Source: an uncultured Chloroflexia bacterium (GTDB lineage: Bacteria; Chloroflexota; Limnocylindria; Limnocylindrales; CSP1-4). From it: a DNA stretch of 64,000 nucleotides. The position numbers were made by a program, and so were the translations under genes. The stretch covers positions 1-64,000 of the forward strand of contig CAVTHS010000002.1 of NCBI GenBank assembly GCA_963734535.1, read 5' to 3'. Under the pieces are notes generated by a model that was not told where the DNA came from, did not search any database, and worked only from the letters and a program-made list of their open reading frames with translations. Numbering within the stretch: position 1 is the first letter of the stretch; the number at the start of each line of letters is the position of its first letter. Positions 16,913 to 26,720 of this stretch are shown in pieces.

Positions 16913-18900
16913 CAGATGCCCTCCCGGCCGAAGGTGTCACCGAGCTGCGCGATCGAGAAGACCGGGCCGTCACGGCAGACGAAGTACTTGCCCATCTGGC
17001 AGTGGCCGCACAGGCCGATCCCGCATTCCATGTGCCGCTCCAGCGTCACGTGGATGCGGGACGCGGAAACGCCCCGGCCGGCGAGCGTCGTGGACGCCGC
17101 CTGCATCATCCGCTCCGGACCGCAGACGAAGGCGATCATGTTCGAGCCATCCCAGGCCGCCTGGTCGAACAGGTGGGTCACGATGCCCACTCGTCCGGAC
17201 CACTCGGGCCCGGCGCGGTCCACGGTCAGGCTCACCTCGATGCCGTCGCGCTCGGCCCACCGCTCGAGCTCGTCGCGATAGAGCAGGTCGGCCGGCGTCC
17301 GGGCGCCGTAGAAGAGCTTCACGTCCCCGAACCTGCGACGGTCGGCGACGATCGCGTGCAGGACCGGCCGCAGCGGCGCGAGGCCGATTCCGCCGGTCAC
17401 GATGACCAGGTCGCGCCCGACCGCCCGGTCGAGCGGCCAGTTGTTGCCCAGCGGGCCGCGAAGGCCCACCTGGTCGCCCACCTGGAGGGCGCACATCGCC
17501 TTGGTGGCCGGGCCGGCGCCGCGGATCGTGAGCTCGATCCCGTCCGCGAGGAAGCGGCTGATCGAGATCGGGAGGGGTGGGAAGCCCGGCAGCGCGACCA
17601 TGGCGAACTGCCCGGTGCTGCCGTGGCTGAACGCCGGGTCGACGCCGGTGAGGGTGAGCGTCGTGGTGTCGGCCGTCTCCGACTTCGTGCTGACGACGCG
17701 AGCGGTCACGAAATCGTTCGGGGTCGCCGCGACCGGCTCGACGAGGCGTGACTCGGGGGAGAGCGGGACGGGCGGCGCGATCGCGTTCAGCTCGTCGCGC
17801 ACGTCGATCCCGACCGGGCACCACGTGATGCAGCGGCCGCAGCCGACGCAGCCGGACGTACCGAACTGGTCCCACCAGGTCGCGAACTTGTGGGTCAGCC
17901 ATTGCCGGTAGCGATCCCGCGGCCGGGCCCGGAAGCTGCCGCCGGCCACCTTCGCGAAGCCGGGGCTGAAGCAGCTGTCCCAGCTCCGGCTGGCGAGCGC
18001 CGCATCGCCGCTCATGTCCGTGGACTGCGTCAGTGTCGTGCAGAAGCAGGTTGGGCAGGCCAGCGTGCAGTTCCCGCAGGTGATGCAACGTTCCGCAACC
18101 TGGGCCCAGCGCGGATGGTCGAGCTGGGCAAGGAGCCGGTCGTGGAGGCCGTCCGCGGGGATGGGGTCCCCGATCCGGGCGCGCACCGCCGCGACCGTGG
18201 CCGCCACCCCGTACTGCTCGGCGGCCGTCGCGGGGCGCAGGGGGAGGCGCTCCAGCACGGCGCGGCCGGCCGGTGTGCCGGCGTCGACCAGGAATCCGGC
18301 GTCGAGCTCGGTCAGGGAGAGGTCGAACCCCTCGGTGACCTCGGGACCGGTTCCCATCGACGTGCAGAAGCACGTCGATGCCGACGTGGTGCACTGGACC
18401 GCGACGACGAACACGTTCGCGCGCCGCACCATGTAGTCGGGATCGATGAACTCGGTGCCGATCAGGACCCGGTCCTGGACGGCGAGCGCTGCGATCTCGC
18501 AGGCGCGGGCGCCGAGGAAGGCGAGCTTCGGGGCGACGGCCTGCTCGGGCTCGAACGAGACCTTGTGGCCGTCATGGCTGGAGCGGGTGAGCGGGATCAG
18601 GGCGGGGAAGGTCCATTTCTTCCACGCGGTGGGTCCCACCACGTAGCCGAACAGGCGCTCGTCCCCGCGCCTCCGAAGCCGATACCGGCCCGGCGCCTGC
18701 TCGTCGCCCCAGCCGCGCGGCAGCTGCTCCACCGACGAGATGTCGTCGTAGACGATGGAGCCGTCGGCCACGGTGGGTCCGATCAGGCGTCGACCGTCCT
18801 CGCGGAGGAGGTCGAAGAGGACCTGGAGATCCGCGAGCGCAAGGAAGCCCGGGCCATCGATGGCGGGACGGCCGCTCCGCGGCGGGCGTGAGACCGGCAT
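16912..18900 (-). CDS. Fused group 3b hydrogenase beta (4Fe-4S) + gamma (FAD/NAD(P)-binding) subunit
   Basis: N half is HydB/AsrA-like (CITCGNCTLACPTCFC, CVGCGRCITWCP). C half is HydG/AsrB-like (RGPLG, GGIGLAP, CGPERMM, CGIGLCGHC). TGATG overlaps at both ends. Confidence 0.9.
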   Translation of the reverse strand: MPVSRPPRSGRPAIDGPGFLALADLQVLFDLLREDGRRLIGPTVADGSIVYDDISSVEQLPRGWGDEQAPGRYRLRRRGDERLFGYVVGPTAWKKWTFPALIPLTRSSHDGHKVSFEPEQAVAPKLAFLGARACEIAALAVQDRVLIGTEFIDPDYMVRRANVFVVAVQCTTSASTCFCTSMGTGPEVTEGFDLSLTELDAGFLVDAGTPAGRAVLERLPLRPATAAEQYGVAATVAAVRARIGDPIPADGLHDRLLAQLDHPRWAQVAERCITCGNCTLACPTCFCTTLTQSTDMSGDAALASRSWDSCFSPGFAKVAGGSFRARPRDRYRQWLTHKFATWWDQFGTSGCVGCGRCITWCPVGIDVRDELNAIAPPVPLSPESRLVEPVAATPNDFVTARVVSTKSETADTTTLTLTGVDPAFSHGSTGQFAMVALPGFPPLPISISRFLADGIELTIRGAGPATKAMCALQVGDQVGLRGPLGNNWPLDRAVGRDLVIVTGGIGLAPLRPVLHAIVADRRRFGDVKLFYGARTPADLLYRDELERWAERDGIEVSLTVDRAGPEWSGRVGIVTHLFDQAAWDGSNMIAFVCGPERMMQAASTTLAGRGVSASRIHVTLERHMECGIGLCGHCQMGKYFVCRDGPVFSIAQLGDTFGREGI

Positions 18901-19382
18901 CACCATGTTCGAACCTGCTCCGCGGCAAAGAGGTCCAGGAGCTGGACGCGTGTCGCGTTCAGGCGTCGCGCGACGGCGACGAGAAGTCGCGGGTAGAGGG
19001 CCTGCGCAAGCTCCGCGTCCTCGCGCAGAGCGGCTCGCAGGGTCGCGCCCTCGAACGTGATCGCCTCGAGCTGCTCGATGGCCACCGCGGTGGACGTGGC
19101 GCGATAGGGTGGCACCAGGGCGGACCAGAGATACACGTCGCCCGGCTCGACCGTCAGGATGGTGAAATCGCCGCGCTCGGGCACGTGGGTGCGGAGGGCG
19201 ACGCGACCCTTGATCACGATGCCGAGAACCTGGGACTCATCTCCTTCCCGGAACAGCTCCTGGCCGGGCTCAGCCGTGAACGTACGGCTTAACTCGGCGA
19301 GGCGCGTCTGGATCCCCGGCGCAAAGCCCGAGGCGAACCACGTGGAGTTGAGGACAGCAACGAGCGAAGCCTGATCCTGCAT
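18900..19382 (-). CDS. Stand-alone cyclic-nucleotide-binding domain protein
   Basis: LFREGD, GRVAL, PGDVYLWSALVPPYRATSTA. No C-terminal HTH. Confidence 0.88.
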   Translation of the reverse strand: MQDQASLVAVLNSTWFASGFAPGIQTRLAELSRTFTAEPGQELFREGDESQVLGIVIKGRVALRTHVPERGDFTILTVEPGDVYLWSALVPPYRATSTAVAIEQLEAITFEGATLRAALREDAELAQALYPRLLVAVARRLNATRVQLLDLFAAEQVRTW

Positions 19383-19418
19383 GTCGCCAGTCTCGCGTCG
19401 CGAGATGCACGCGGGGCA

Positions 19419-19454
19419 GGGCCGGTGGGCACGGGGTCAGGGGCCACGTGTCCC
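19419..19454. promoter_or_regulatory. Tandem DosR/NarL-like palindromic boxes upstream of the hyd operon
   Basis: GGGCC-GGTG-GGCAC (19419-19432) and GGGCC-ACGT-GTCCC (19441-19454), 22 bp apart. Confidence 0.4.
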
Positions 19455-19747
19455 GGCAGCGGCATGGCGCCGTCCCCGGAATCGCCACCTGTCCGGCCCC
19501 TGGCCGTCACCGGCCCGCAACCGGGCCCGGGAGTGGCGGCCGCCCCGGAGTGGGGCCACCCGCGCCTGGATATCGGGCGAACCGGTCAGATTCGCCTGGT
19601 CCACGCTCGGGGATGCGGCCAACCACGCGTCTGGGCACACGTTCACGCTCGCGGTCCCGAGTTAGATCGGCCGCGCCGATATCAGCGGGCCGGGACGCCC
19701 GGCGCGAGTCCCCCGCCCGCGTCGGAAGACCGAAGCCGTCGCGCTCG

Positions 19748-22630
19748 TCAAAGCTTCGGCAGCTCCTGGCCCGGGCCGAGGGCAGCCGCGAAGAGGTCGC
19801 CCACTTCGAGGAGCCGGGGCAGGATCGTCCGGATCGTCCAGCGGTCGGGTCGCAGCGTGGGGTCGTCCAGCTCGTCCCAGGTGATCGGCGCCGAGACGGG
19901 AAGGCCGGGCGCGGGCCGGGGCGAGTACGGCGCCACGAGCGTCCGGTTCCGCCAGTTCTGGGTGTAGTCGAGGCGCGCCCGGCCGCCCCGCTGGCCCTTC
20001 GCCCACTCCCAGCTCACGAGGTCCGGCACGGCCGCGCCGATCGCCCGGGAGACCTGCTCGACCCATGCCCGGGTCTCCTCGAACGTGTAGCCGGCCCGGA
20101 TCGGGACGAAGACCTGGATGCCGCGCTTCCCGGTCACCTTCGGGAAGCCGGTCACGCCCAGGTGCTCGAAGGCCCGACGATAGAGCCGGGCCAGCTCGAG
20201 GGTCTCGTCCCAGGTCGTCCGCTCGCCGGGGTCGATGTCGACGAGCGCCCAGCGGGGCTCGGCCGGCGCGTCGATCGGTGACGTCCACGGATGGATCTCG
20301 ATCGCGGCCTGGTTGCCGAGCCACGCGAGCGTCGCAAGCCCATCCGCGATCACGTACGCGTGCGGGCGGCGGTCGGGCGGGTCGGGCTCGCGCCAGCGGG
20401 TGACCCAGTCCGGCGTTCCCTTCGCGACGTCCTTCTGCCAGAAGAATGCGCCGCCGATCCCGTCCGGGTAGCGGGCGAGGTTGAGGGCTCGACCGGCCAG
20501 GTGCGGCAGGAGGACGGGCGCGATCTGCGCGAGGTAGCGGACCAGGTCGCGCTTCGTGACGATGGTCGAATCGCCGGTGGGAGTGGCATCGCCGGCGGGA
20601 GTGCCATGGCCGGCGGGCGATGCGTCGCCCGAGGGCGTCGTCGCGCTCGCCTCGGGTGCTTCCGCACCCGGTGCGAGGACCTTGTCGAGGTTCGTGAGCG
20701 CGACCTCGCGACCGCCGACGCTCCACGTGCCGCCGCGCGAGGGCATCGCGTCGAGGGCCGCCAGCTCCTCCGCCGTGGCGGGTTCGAACGCAGCTGTCGA
20801 GACCGGCTCCGCAGCCGCGGAGACCGGCGCTGCTGCCCGGGGCGACGCGACGGCCCGAGTCGCGGTAGGGGCTCTCGGCGCACCCTCGGCCGCACGCGAA
20901 CGGCGCGTAACCCCGGCCCTGGCGAGGGCCCGCGCAGCGGCCTCGGGCCCCACGGCCTCCTGCCGTTCCACGGACGCCGGGTCGACCTCCGGGGCCTCCT
21001 GGGCGAACGACGCCTGGCGGACGATCCCGTCCCGGGACCAGCCGCCGATCTCGGCGCGGATCACGAGCGTGGGCTCGGCCCAGACGGCGCCGGGCGTCCG
21101 GGCCAGCTCGCCCGGCGGGTTCGCGAACGGCGCCGTGTCGCGCGCTTGGGCGTCGAGCGCCGCCCGGAGGCGGGATCGGGTCGCCGTGTCGAGCCCGCTC
21201 CCGACACGCCCCGCGTAGCGCAGGTGGCCGGCCTCCATCACGCCCACGACGAGCGCACCGAGGTCGCGGTGACTGCCCTGGCCGGGCACGTAGCCCGCCA
21301 CGACCAGCTCCTGCGTGGGGCGAACCTTGAGCTTGAGCCAGGCGGCAGACCGACGGCCGGCCTCGTAGCGGCTCCGTCGGTGCTTCGCCATCGCCCCCTC
21401 GAGGCCCTGGGCCGCGGCCGCCGCGAAGAACGCGATGCCGTCGCGCTCCACGTGGCCCCCGAAGCGCACCCGCGGGTGGTCGCGAAGGACGAGTCGCAGG
21501 ACCTCCTTGCGATCCACGAGCGCGACCTCGAGATACGACCGGCCGGCGCACCACAGGAGATCGAAGGCCATGAAGACGAGCGGCGCCGCACGTCCCGCCT
21601 CCCGGGCGGGCCCGCTGGCCGGAAGGTCCGCGGCGCTGAACCCGCCCCCGAGCCGCGCCTGGAGCAGGCCGAAGTCAGGTCGGCCCTCGGGGTCCAGGAC
21701 GACCACCTCGCCGTCGACGATCGCGTCCGGCGCGGCGAGCCAGGCCGGCTTTGCCAGCAGCTCGGGGAAGAAGCGTCCCGCGTCATTCCGGTTCCTGGTC
21801 CGGAGGTCCACGCGCCCGCCGGTCACGATCGCCTGGACGCGGTAGCCGTCCCACTTCGGCTCGAAGAGCCAGTCGGCGTCGTCGAACGGGGCGGTCCCCG
21901 GGGTCGCCAGCATCGGCTCGACGAAGGCGGGCTGCGGCGCGACCTTGGCGCCCGGCGGATCGAGGGACGGGAGCGGCGCCGGCGCCGGGCGATCGACGGG
22001 CGGAGCCACGCCGGACTTCACCTCCTCGTTCGTCCGGTCGGTCCGCACCGACGCCGGGTACGCCTCCGGGTCCCACCCGGCGATCGCCTCCGGGCCGGCT
22101 TTCGCGATGAGGAGCCACGCGTCGCCGGGGCTCGCCGTGCGAACGAGGGTGAAGCGGCCGGCCAGCTTCTCGCCACGCAGCCGGAACTTGAGCTCGCCGG
22201 CGCGAAGGGCGTCGCCCGGCTCCCAGGTGAGCTCGGGCTCGAATGTTCCCCAGTCCCAGCAGATGGAGTCGCCGGCCCCGTACTCGCCGGTCGGGATCAC
22301 GCCCTCGAAGTCGAGGTATTCGATCGGATGGTCCTCGGTCCGAGCGGCGAAGCGCTTCTCGTCGGGGTCGCGTGTCGGGCCCTTCGGGAGCGCCCATGAC
22401 GCCAGCACGCCGTCGACCTCGAGGCGCAGGTCGTAATGGAGCCGGCTGGCCCGGTGACGATGCACGACGAAGCGGCCGCAGCCGCCCGGGGCGCCGGGAC
22501 GCGGCGACGGCGGGCGCGCCGCGCCACCAGCGTCGGCGGATGGCACGGGCGCCGGGGGCGCGCCTTCACCCGGGGCCGGCTCGGGCGTTCGCGCGAAGTT
22601 CCGCTTCTGCCGGTAGCGATCAAGGGACAC
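19748..22630 (-). CDS. ligD: NHEJ DNA ligase D (phosphoesterase-ligase-polymerase domain order)
   Basis: PE: HRASRLHYDLRLE. LIG: EPKWDGYR, DGE, LEG, WLKLK. POL: RYPDG, VDIDPG, DYTQN...APYSPR. Confidence 0.95.
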   Translation of the reverse strand: MSLDRYRQKRNFARTPEPAPGEGAPPAPVPSADAGGAARPPSPRPGAPGGCGRFVVHRHRASRLHYDLRLEVDGVLASWALPKGPTRDPDEKRFAARTEDHPIEYLDFEGVIPTGEYGAGDSICWDWGTFEPELTWEPGDALRAGELKFRLRGEKLAGRFTLVRTASPGDAWLLIAKAGPEAIAGWDPEAYPASVRTDRTNEEVKSGVAPPVDRPAPAPLPSLDPPGAKVAPQPAFVEPMLATPGTAPFDDADWLFEPKWDGYRVQAIVTGGRVDLRTRNRNDAGRFFPELLAKPAWLAAPDAIVDGEVVVLDPEGRPDFGLLQARLGGGFSAADLPASGPAREAGRAAPLVFMAFDLLWCAGRSYLEVALVDRKEVLRLVLRDHPRVRFGGHVERDGIAFFAAAAAQGLEGAMAKHRRSRYEAGRRSAAWLKLKVRPTQELVVAGYVPGQGSHRDLGALVVGVMEAGHLRYAGRVGSGLDTATRSRLRAALDAQARDTAPFANPPGELARTPGAVWAEPTLVIRAEIGGWSRDGIVRQASFAQEAPEVDPASVERQEAVGPEAAARALARAGVTRRSRAAEGAPRAPTATRAVASPRAAAPVSAAAEPVSTAAFEPATAEELAALDAMPSRGGTWSVGGREVALTNLDKVLAPGAEAPEASATTPSGDASPAGHGTPAGDATPTGDSTIVTKRDLVRYLAQIAPVLLPHLAGRALNLARYPDGIGGAFFWQKDVAKGTPDWVTRWREPDPPDRRPHAYVIADGLATLAWLGNQAAIEIHPWTSPIDAPAEPRWALVDIDPGERTTWDETLELARLYRRAFEHLGVTGFPKVTGKRGIQVFVPIRAGYTFEETRAWVEQVSRAIGAAVPDLVSWEWAKGQRGGRARLDYTQNWRNRTLVAPYSPRPAPGLPVSAPITWDELDDPTLRPDRWTIRTILPRLLEVGDLFAAALGPGQELPKL

Positions 22631-22654
22631 GTGGGCGCTCCCGACCCGCGCCGG

Positions 22655-23398
22655 TCAGAGCGGCAGGCGTCGGAGCACCGCCAGGAACGGCGGCAGCTCG
22701 CGCGGCGCCGCGACGACCGGCACGCGGTACCAGGCGTCGCGGGCGGGGCCTGGTCGCAGGCGGGCGTCGAGCCGGCGCGCCGAGAGAGCCCGGAATCCCA
22801 GCGCCCCGAGGGCCGTCGCGACCGTGGTTCCGTCCCCGATGAACCCCCGCCCGGCGAGGCACCAGCTCGACGGCCGGAGCAATGCCGCGAGCTCGCCACG
22901 CCGCTCGCCGAACGGCCGGGTGGCGAGCGACTCCCCGTCCACGTAGAGGAGGTCGGAGGCGACGATCGCGGCCGACCCCCGAGCCCCAGCTCCCCGTCCG
23001 CGGGCCATCGGGTCGAGCCCGCCGTCCCCGCCGAGGCGAACGGCCTCGCCGCGCAGTCGCCGTTCCAGGAGCGTCCGGCTCGGACGGCCGCGCGCATCGA
23101 GGACCATGAGCGTCACGTCGAGGACCACGCCGTCCCGGCGGAGAAGTTCGGCGACACCGGCCAGCTCCGGGAACGCCGCGGTCGGGTCCCCGAGGGCCTC
23201 GGCCCGCAGGCGGACCGCACCGCCCTCGACGAGCACGAACGCCCGGATGCCGGGCCACCAGGGCTCGAAGAAGTACCCAGGGTCGTCGAACGGGCCCCCA
23301 CCATCGGTCGGGCGCATCGGCACCATCCGCTCCGGAAGGCGCGAGGCCATGGGCGCGAACTCGAGCGGGAGCATGTCGCCCATCGGTTGGCGGGTCAT
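22655..23398 (-). CDS. ATP-dependent DNA ligase adenylation-domain homologue lacking catalytic residues
   Basis: Aligns by eye with the LigD ligase core (PFDDPGYFFEPWWPGIRA, FPEL, SDLLYVDGESL...ERR), but KxDG is WWPG and there is no OB domain. Confidence 0.75.
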   Translation of the reverse strand: MTRQPMGDMLPLEFAPMASRLPERMVPMRPTDGGGPFDDPGYFFEPWWPGIRAFVLVEGGAVRLRAEALGDPTAAFPELAGVAELLRRDGVVLDVTLMVLDARGRPSRTLLERRLRGEAVRLGGDGGLDPMARGRGAGARGSAAIVASDLLYVDGESLATRPFGERRGELAALLRPSSWCLAGRGFIGDGTTVATALGALGFRALSARRLDARLRPGPARDAWYRVPVVAAPRELPPFLAVLRRLPL

Positions 23399-23576
23399 GC
23401 CGGGATTGTGGGCCGCCACGCCGCCCACTGCCAGCGCATCGGCGGCCGGGAGAGCCGCCGTGCGGTGGCCGCGCCCCGGGCGGACGTCGCGGGCCGGTGG
23501 ACGGACCTGGCGGGCCAGCCGGCGGACCAGCGGATGGACGTTGCGGGCCAGCGTGCGGACGAGGACGGCCGCTCCC

Positions 23577-24518
23577 TCAGGCCGACTTGCGGCGGACCAG
23601 CTTCCGCGCGGGAACCTCGACCGGCTCGGCGTCTTCGGCGACGGGCGCGACCTTCTTCGGGCGCCGGCTCGCGGTGGCCGTCCGGCCGGTTATGGCCTCC
23701 TCCGCGGCGGCCTCGACGTCCCGGTTGGCGCGCGCGGTTCGGGCGGCGTTGACACTCGCCTCGAGGGCGGCCATGAGGTCCACGAGCTGGCCGCCGGCGG
23801 GCGCCTCGTCCGGCTCGGCGATCTCGCGCCCCTCGACCTTCGCCTCGATCACGGCCTCCAGGGCCTGGCGATACTCGTCGCGATACTCGGTCGCGTCGAA
23901 CTCACCGGTCATGGCCGCGATGAGCTGGGCCGCCATCTTCCGCTCCGCCGGCTTGATCTCGACGTCCTCGGCGGGGAGGTCCAGGTCGTCGGTCGCGCGG
24001 ATCTCGTCGGGCCAGTGGAGCGTCTCGAGGACCATCGCGCTGGCGTGGGGGTTGAGGGCCGCGAGCACCTCGCGATCCTTGATGACGACCTTGCAGATCG
24101 CCGAGAGCCCCTGCTCGGCGAGGACCTCGCGGAGCAGCGCGTAGGCCTTCTTGCCGATCGCCTCGGGCTCGACGTAATAGGCCTGCTTGACGAATCGAAC
24201 CGGCGCATCCTCTTCTGGTCGCGTCGGGACGAATTTCTCGATCTCGATCGAGCGGACCGTCTTGAGCGGAACGCTGGCCAGGTCCTCGTCCGTGATCACG
24301 ACGTACTGGTCCTTCGCGTACTCGAAACCCTTGACCGTGTCGCCGCGCGAGATCACCTCGTCATGGAACGGACAGTACGTCTTCATCTGGATCCGGTTCA
24401 GACAGCTCTCGTGGAGCATGTTGAACGCGATCCCCTTCGAATCCGTTGCCAGGTAGAGCCGAACCGGGATGGTCACCAGGCCGAACTGGATGGCCCCCCG
24501 CCACATCGAGCGCGCCAT
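23577..24518 (-). CDS. ku: NHEJ DNA end-binding protein Ku
   Basis: MARSMWRGAIQFGLVTIPVRLY, KGFEY, YRDEY, VDLMAALEASV, and a basic C-terminal tail. Confidence 0.96.
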   Translation of the reverse strand: MARSMWRGAIQFGLVTIPVRLYLATDSKGIAFNMLHESCLNRIQMKTYCPFHDEVISRGDTVKGFEYAKDQYVVITDEDLASVPLKTVRSIEIEKFVPTRPEEDAPVRFVKQAYYVEPEAIGKKAYALLREVLAEQGLSAICKVVIKDREVLAALNPHASAMVLETLHWPDEIRATDDLDLPAEDVEIKPAERKMAAQLIAAMTGEFDATEYRDEYRQALEAVIEAKVEGREIAEPDEAPAGGQLVDLMAALEASVNAARTARANRDVEAAAEEAITGRTATASRRPKKVAPVAEDAEPVEVPARKLVRRKSA

Positions 24519-24705
24519 GGTCCTGTCACGTGCCTCGTCGGCGGCCGCTCCGTGCCCGCCATTCGCGTGGCGCGCGTTCCCGGCGGCCGGGATGGGTAGG
24601 ATACCCCGGTCGCGCAAGCGGTCGGATTTGCCTCCCCGCCCACGAGGACGAGCGCTTGGGGCGCGACCTCGCGGCCGGCCTCGTCCGCCGCGGTCGGCTG
24701 CGGTC

Positions 24706-25291
24706 TCAGCGTCCCTCGAGCACGTTGCGTGAACCCCGATGCGCCAGCACGATCTCGACGACCGCATCCACGGCGGCGGGCAGCGCTGCCGCAACCTCGG
24801 GGGAGAGCGACTCGCCCACCTCCATGTGCGCGGCGCCGACACGCACGACGAAGGCTGCCGGGGCAGCGCCGTACAGCTCGAGGGCCACGGCGAGCAGCTC
24901 GCCGGGACCGACGTGGTGGGAGACTGGCGCCCGGCCCGCCGCCGCCGGCCTGTGCCCCGGCCGTCACCGAGCGGACCACGACGGCGCCGGGAGGGTCGTC
25001 GGCGCTCGCATCGACCAGGATCACGAGCGACGCCCGGCTCATGTCGAGGGCGAGCTCGGGCGTGAGCTGGTGGCGGGCGAGGACCTCGACGTGGCCCGGA
25101 GCGCGCACGTCTCCGGGCCCGCTCGAGGCGGCGAGTCGCGCGTCGGCGGCGAGTCGCGGGTCGGCCGCGAGCAGGACCGCGGCGTGCCAGCCGACCCCGT
25201 CGTCGCAGCGGAGCGTGTTGCCGTACCCGATGACAAGGACGCCCCCGGCGGCATCGCCAGGGGCGTCGGGGCGGGGAGAGCCGAGGTTCAA
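24706..25291 (-). CDS. hoxW: Hydrogenase maturation protease HoxW, frameshift near 24920
   Basis: VLVIGYGNTLRCDDGVG, HQLTPELA, VDA. C-terminus in ORF 24706..24888. TTG start overlaps the hoxH stop. Confidence 0.85.
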
Positions 25292-26709
25292 CGCGTCAGC
25301 TCGTCCAGCACCTCTCCGTCGGGCGCAAGCAGCTGGATCTGCAGCGCCATCTGGCCCAGGGCGTGGGTCGAGCAGCTCAGGCACGGGTCGTAGCAGCGGA
25401 TGACCGCCTCCACCCGGTTGAGCATCGGCTCGGTGATCGTGTCGCCCTTGACGTGGCGCCGGGCCACCTGCAGGACGCTTCGGTTCATGGCCATGTTGTT
25501 GTGGCCCGTGGCGATGACCAGGTTCACCCACTGGACGATGCCGTCGTCGTCCACCTTGTAGTGATGCATGAGCGTGCCGCGAGGCGCCTCGGACACGCCG
25601 ATGCCCTCGTTCCGGTTGATGCCCGCGACGGACCGCACGTGCTTCGAGAGGATGTCCGGACCCCGCAGGAGCTCCTCGATCTTCTCGATCCCGTGGAGCG
25701 TATCGATCAGGCGCGCGTAGTGATAGTGGAACGACGAGCCTGCCACCCGGCCGACGCGCCAGCGGAACTTCTCGAGCTCCTCGTCGGCGCGCGGGGTTCC
25801 CATCCGGTCGGCCACGTTGAGGCGGGCCAGCGGCCCCACCCGGTAGATCCCGTCCGGGTACCCCATCGCCTTCCAGTAGGTCGACTTGAGGTACGACCAG
25901 GGCTCGACGGCCTCCCCGATGTAGTCGTTGAACAGCTTCGGGTCGACGCGGTCGGCCAGGAACTTGCCGTCGGCGTCGATCACGCGCAGCCAGCCGCCGT
26001 AGTGATCCACGTTGCCCTGGCGGTCCACCAGGCCCATGAACGCCGAGCGGAAGTTGCCGAACGTGGCGGCCTCATCCTCCCAGCGCAGCATGTCCGTCTT
26101 GTACCAGGCGATCGCGCGCTCGACGGCGGCGATCGCCTCCGGGACGCCGGCCAGGATCCGGTCGCGGACCTCGGCGGTGAGCGGCGTCGCGACGCCACCG
26201 GGGACGATCCCCTCGGGGTGGATCCGCTTGCCTCCCAGCCACTCGATGATCTGCTGGCCCCACTTGCGGAGGGCGATGCCGTCCTTCGCAAGCCCGGGGT
26301 TCTGCCGCGCGACGCCCAGGATGTTGCGCACGGCAGGGTCCGCATCGAAGCCGAACAGGAGGTCCGGCGACGAGAGGTGGAAGAAGGACAGCGCGTTGGA
26401 CTGGACGATCTGGCCAAGGTTGATGATCCGCCGCAGGTCCATGCCGGTTGGCGGTGGCTCGACGGCCAGGATGTCGTCGACCGCCTTCGAGGACGCGATC
26501 ATGTGGCTGACCGGGCAGATCCCGCAGATGCGGGCCATGAGGGCCGGCATCTCGTGGACCGGGCGCCCCTGTGTGATGCGCTCGAACCCGCGGAACTGGG
26601 TCACGTGAAAGTGGGCGTCGACGACCTCACCGCGGTCATCGAGCTGGATGGTGATCTTGGAATGGCCCTCGATCCGGGTGACCGGATCGATCGTGATGGT
26701 TCTGCTCAT
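25288..26709 (-). CDS. hoxH: Group 3d NAD-reducing [NiFe] hydrogenase large subunit
   Basis: DPVTRIEGH, L1 motif RICGICPVSH, L2 motif DPCLSCSTH. Confidence 0.95.
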   Translation of the reverse strand: MSRTITIDPVTRIEGHSKITIQLDDRGEVVDAHFHVTQFRGFERITQGRPVHEMPALMARICGICPVSHMIASSKAVDDILAVEPPPTGMDLRRIINLGQIVQSNALSFFHLSSPDLLFGFDADPAVRNILGVARQNPGLAKDGIALRKWGQQIIEWLGGKRIHPEGIVPGGVATPLTAEVRDRILAGVPEAIAAVERAIAWYKTDMLRWEDEAATFGNFRSAFMGLVDRQGNVDHYGGWLRVIDADGKFLADRVDPKLFNDYIGEAVEPWSYLKSTYWKAMGYPDGIYRVGPLARLNVADRMGTPRADEELEKFRWRVGRVAGSSFHYHYARLIDTLHGIEKIEELLRGPDILSKHVRSVAGINRNEGIGVSEAPRGTLMHHYKVDDDGIVQWVNLVIATGHNNMAMNRSVLQVARRHVKGDTITEPMLNRVEAVIRCYDPCLSCSTHALGQMALQIQLLAPDGEVLDELTR

Positions 26710-26720
26710 GGGGTCCCCCG

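Noticed and set aside
14097-16973. Apparent fusion of the hydrogenase large subunit with its maturation protease
   Set aside because: It arises from a frameshift near 15150. The true HydA C-terminus (DPCISCATH) ends at 14741 in another frame.
19748-22630. LigD PE-LIG-POL domain order as a novelty
   Set aside because: This order is already known (e.g. Pseudomonas LigD).
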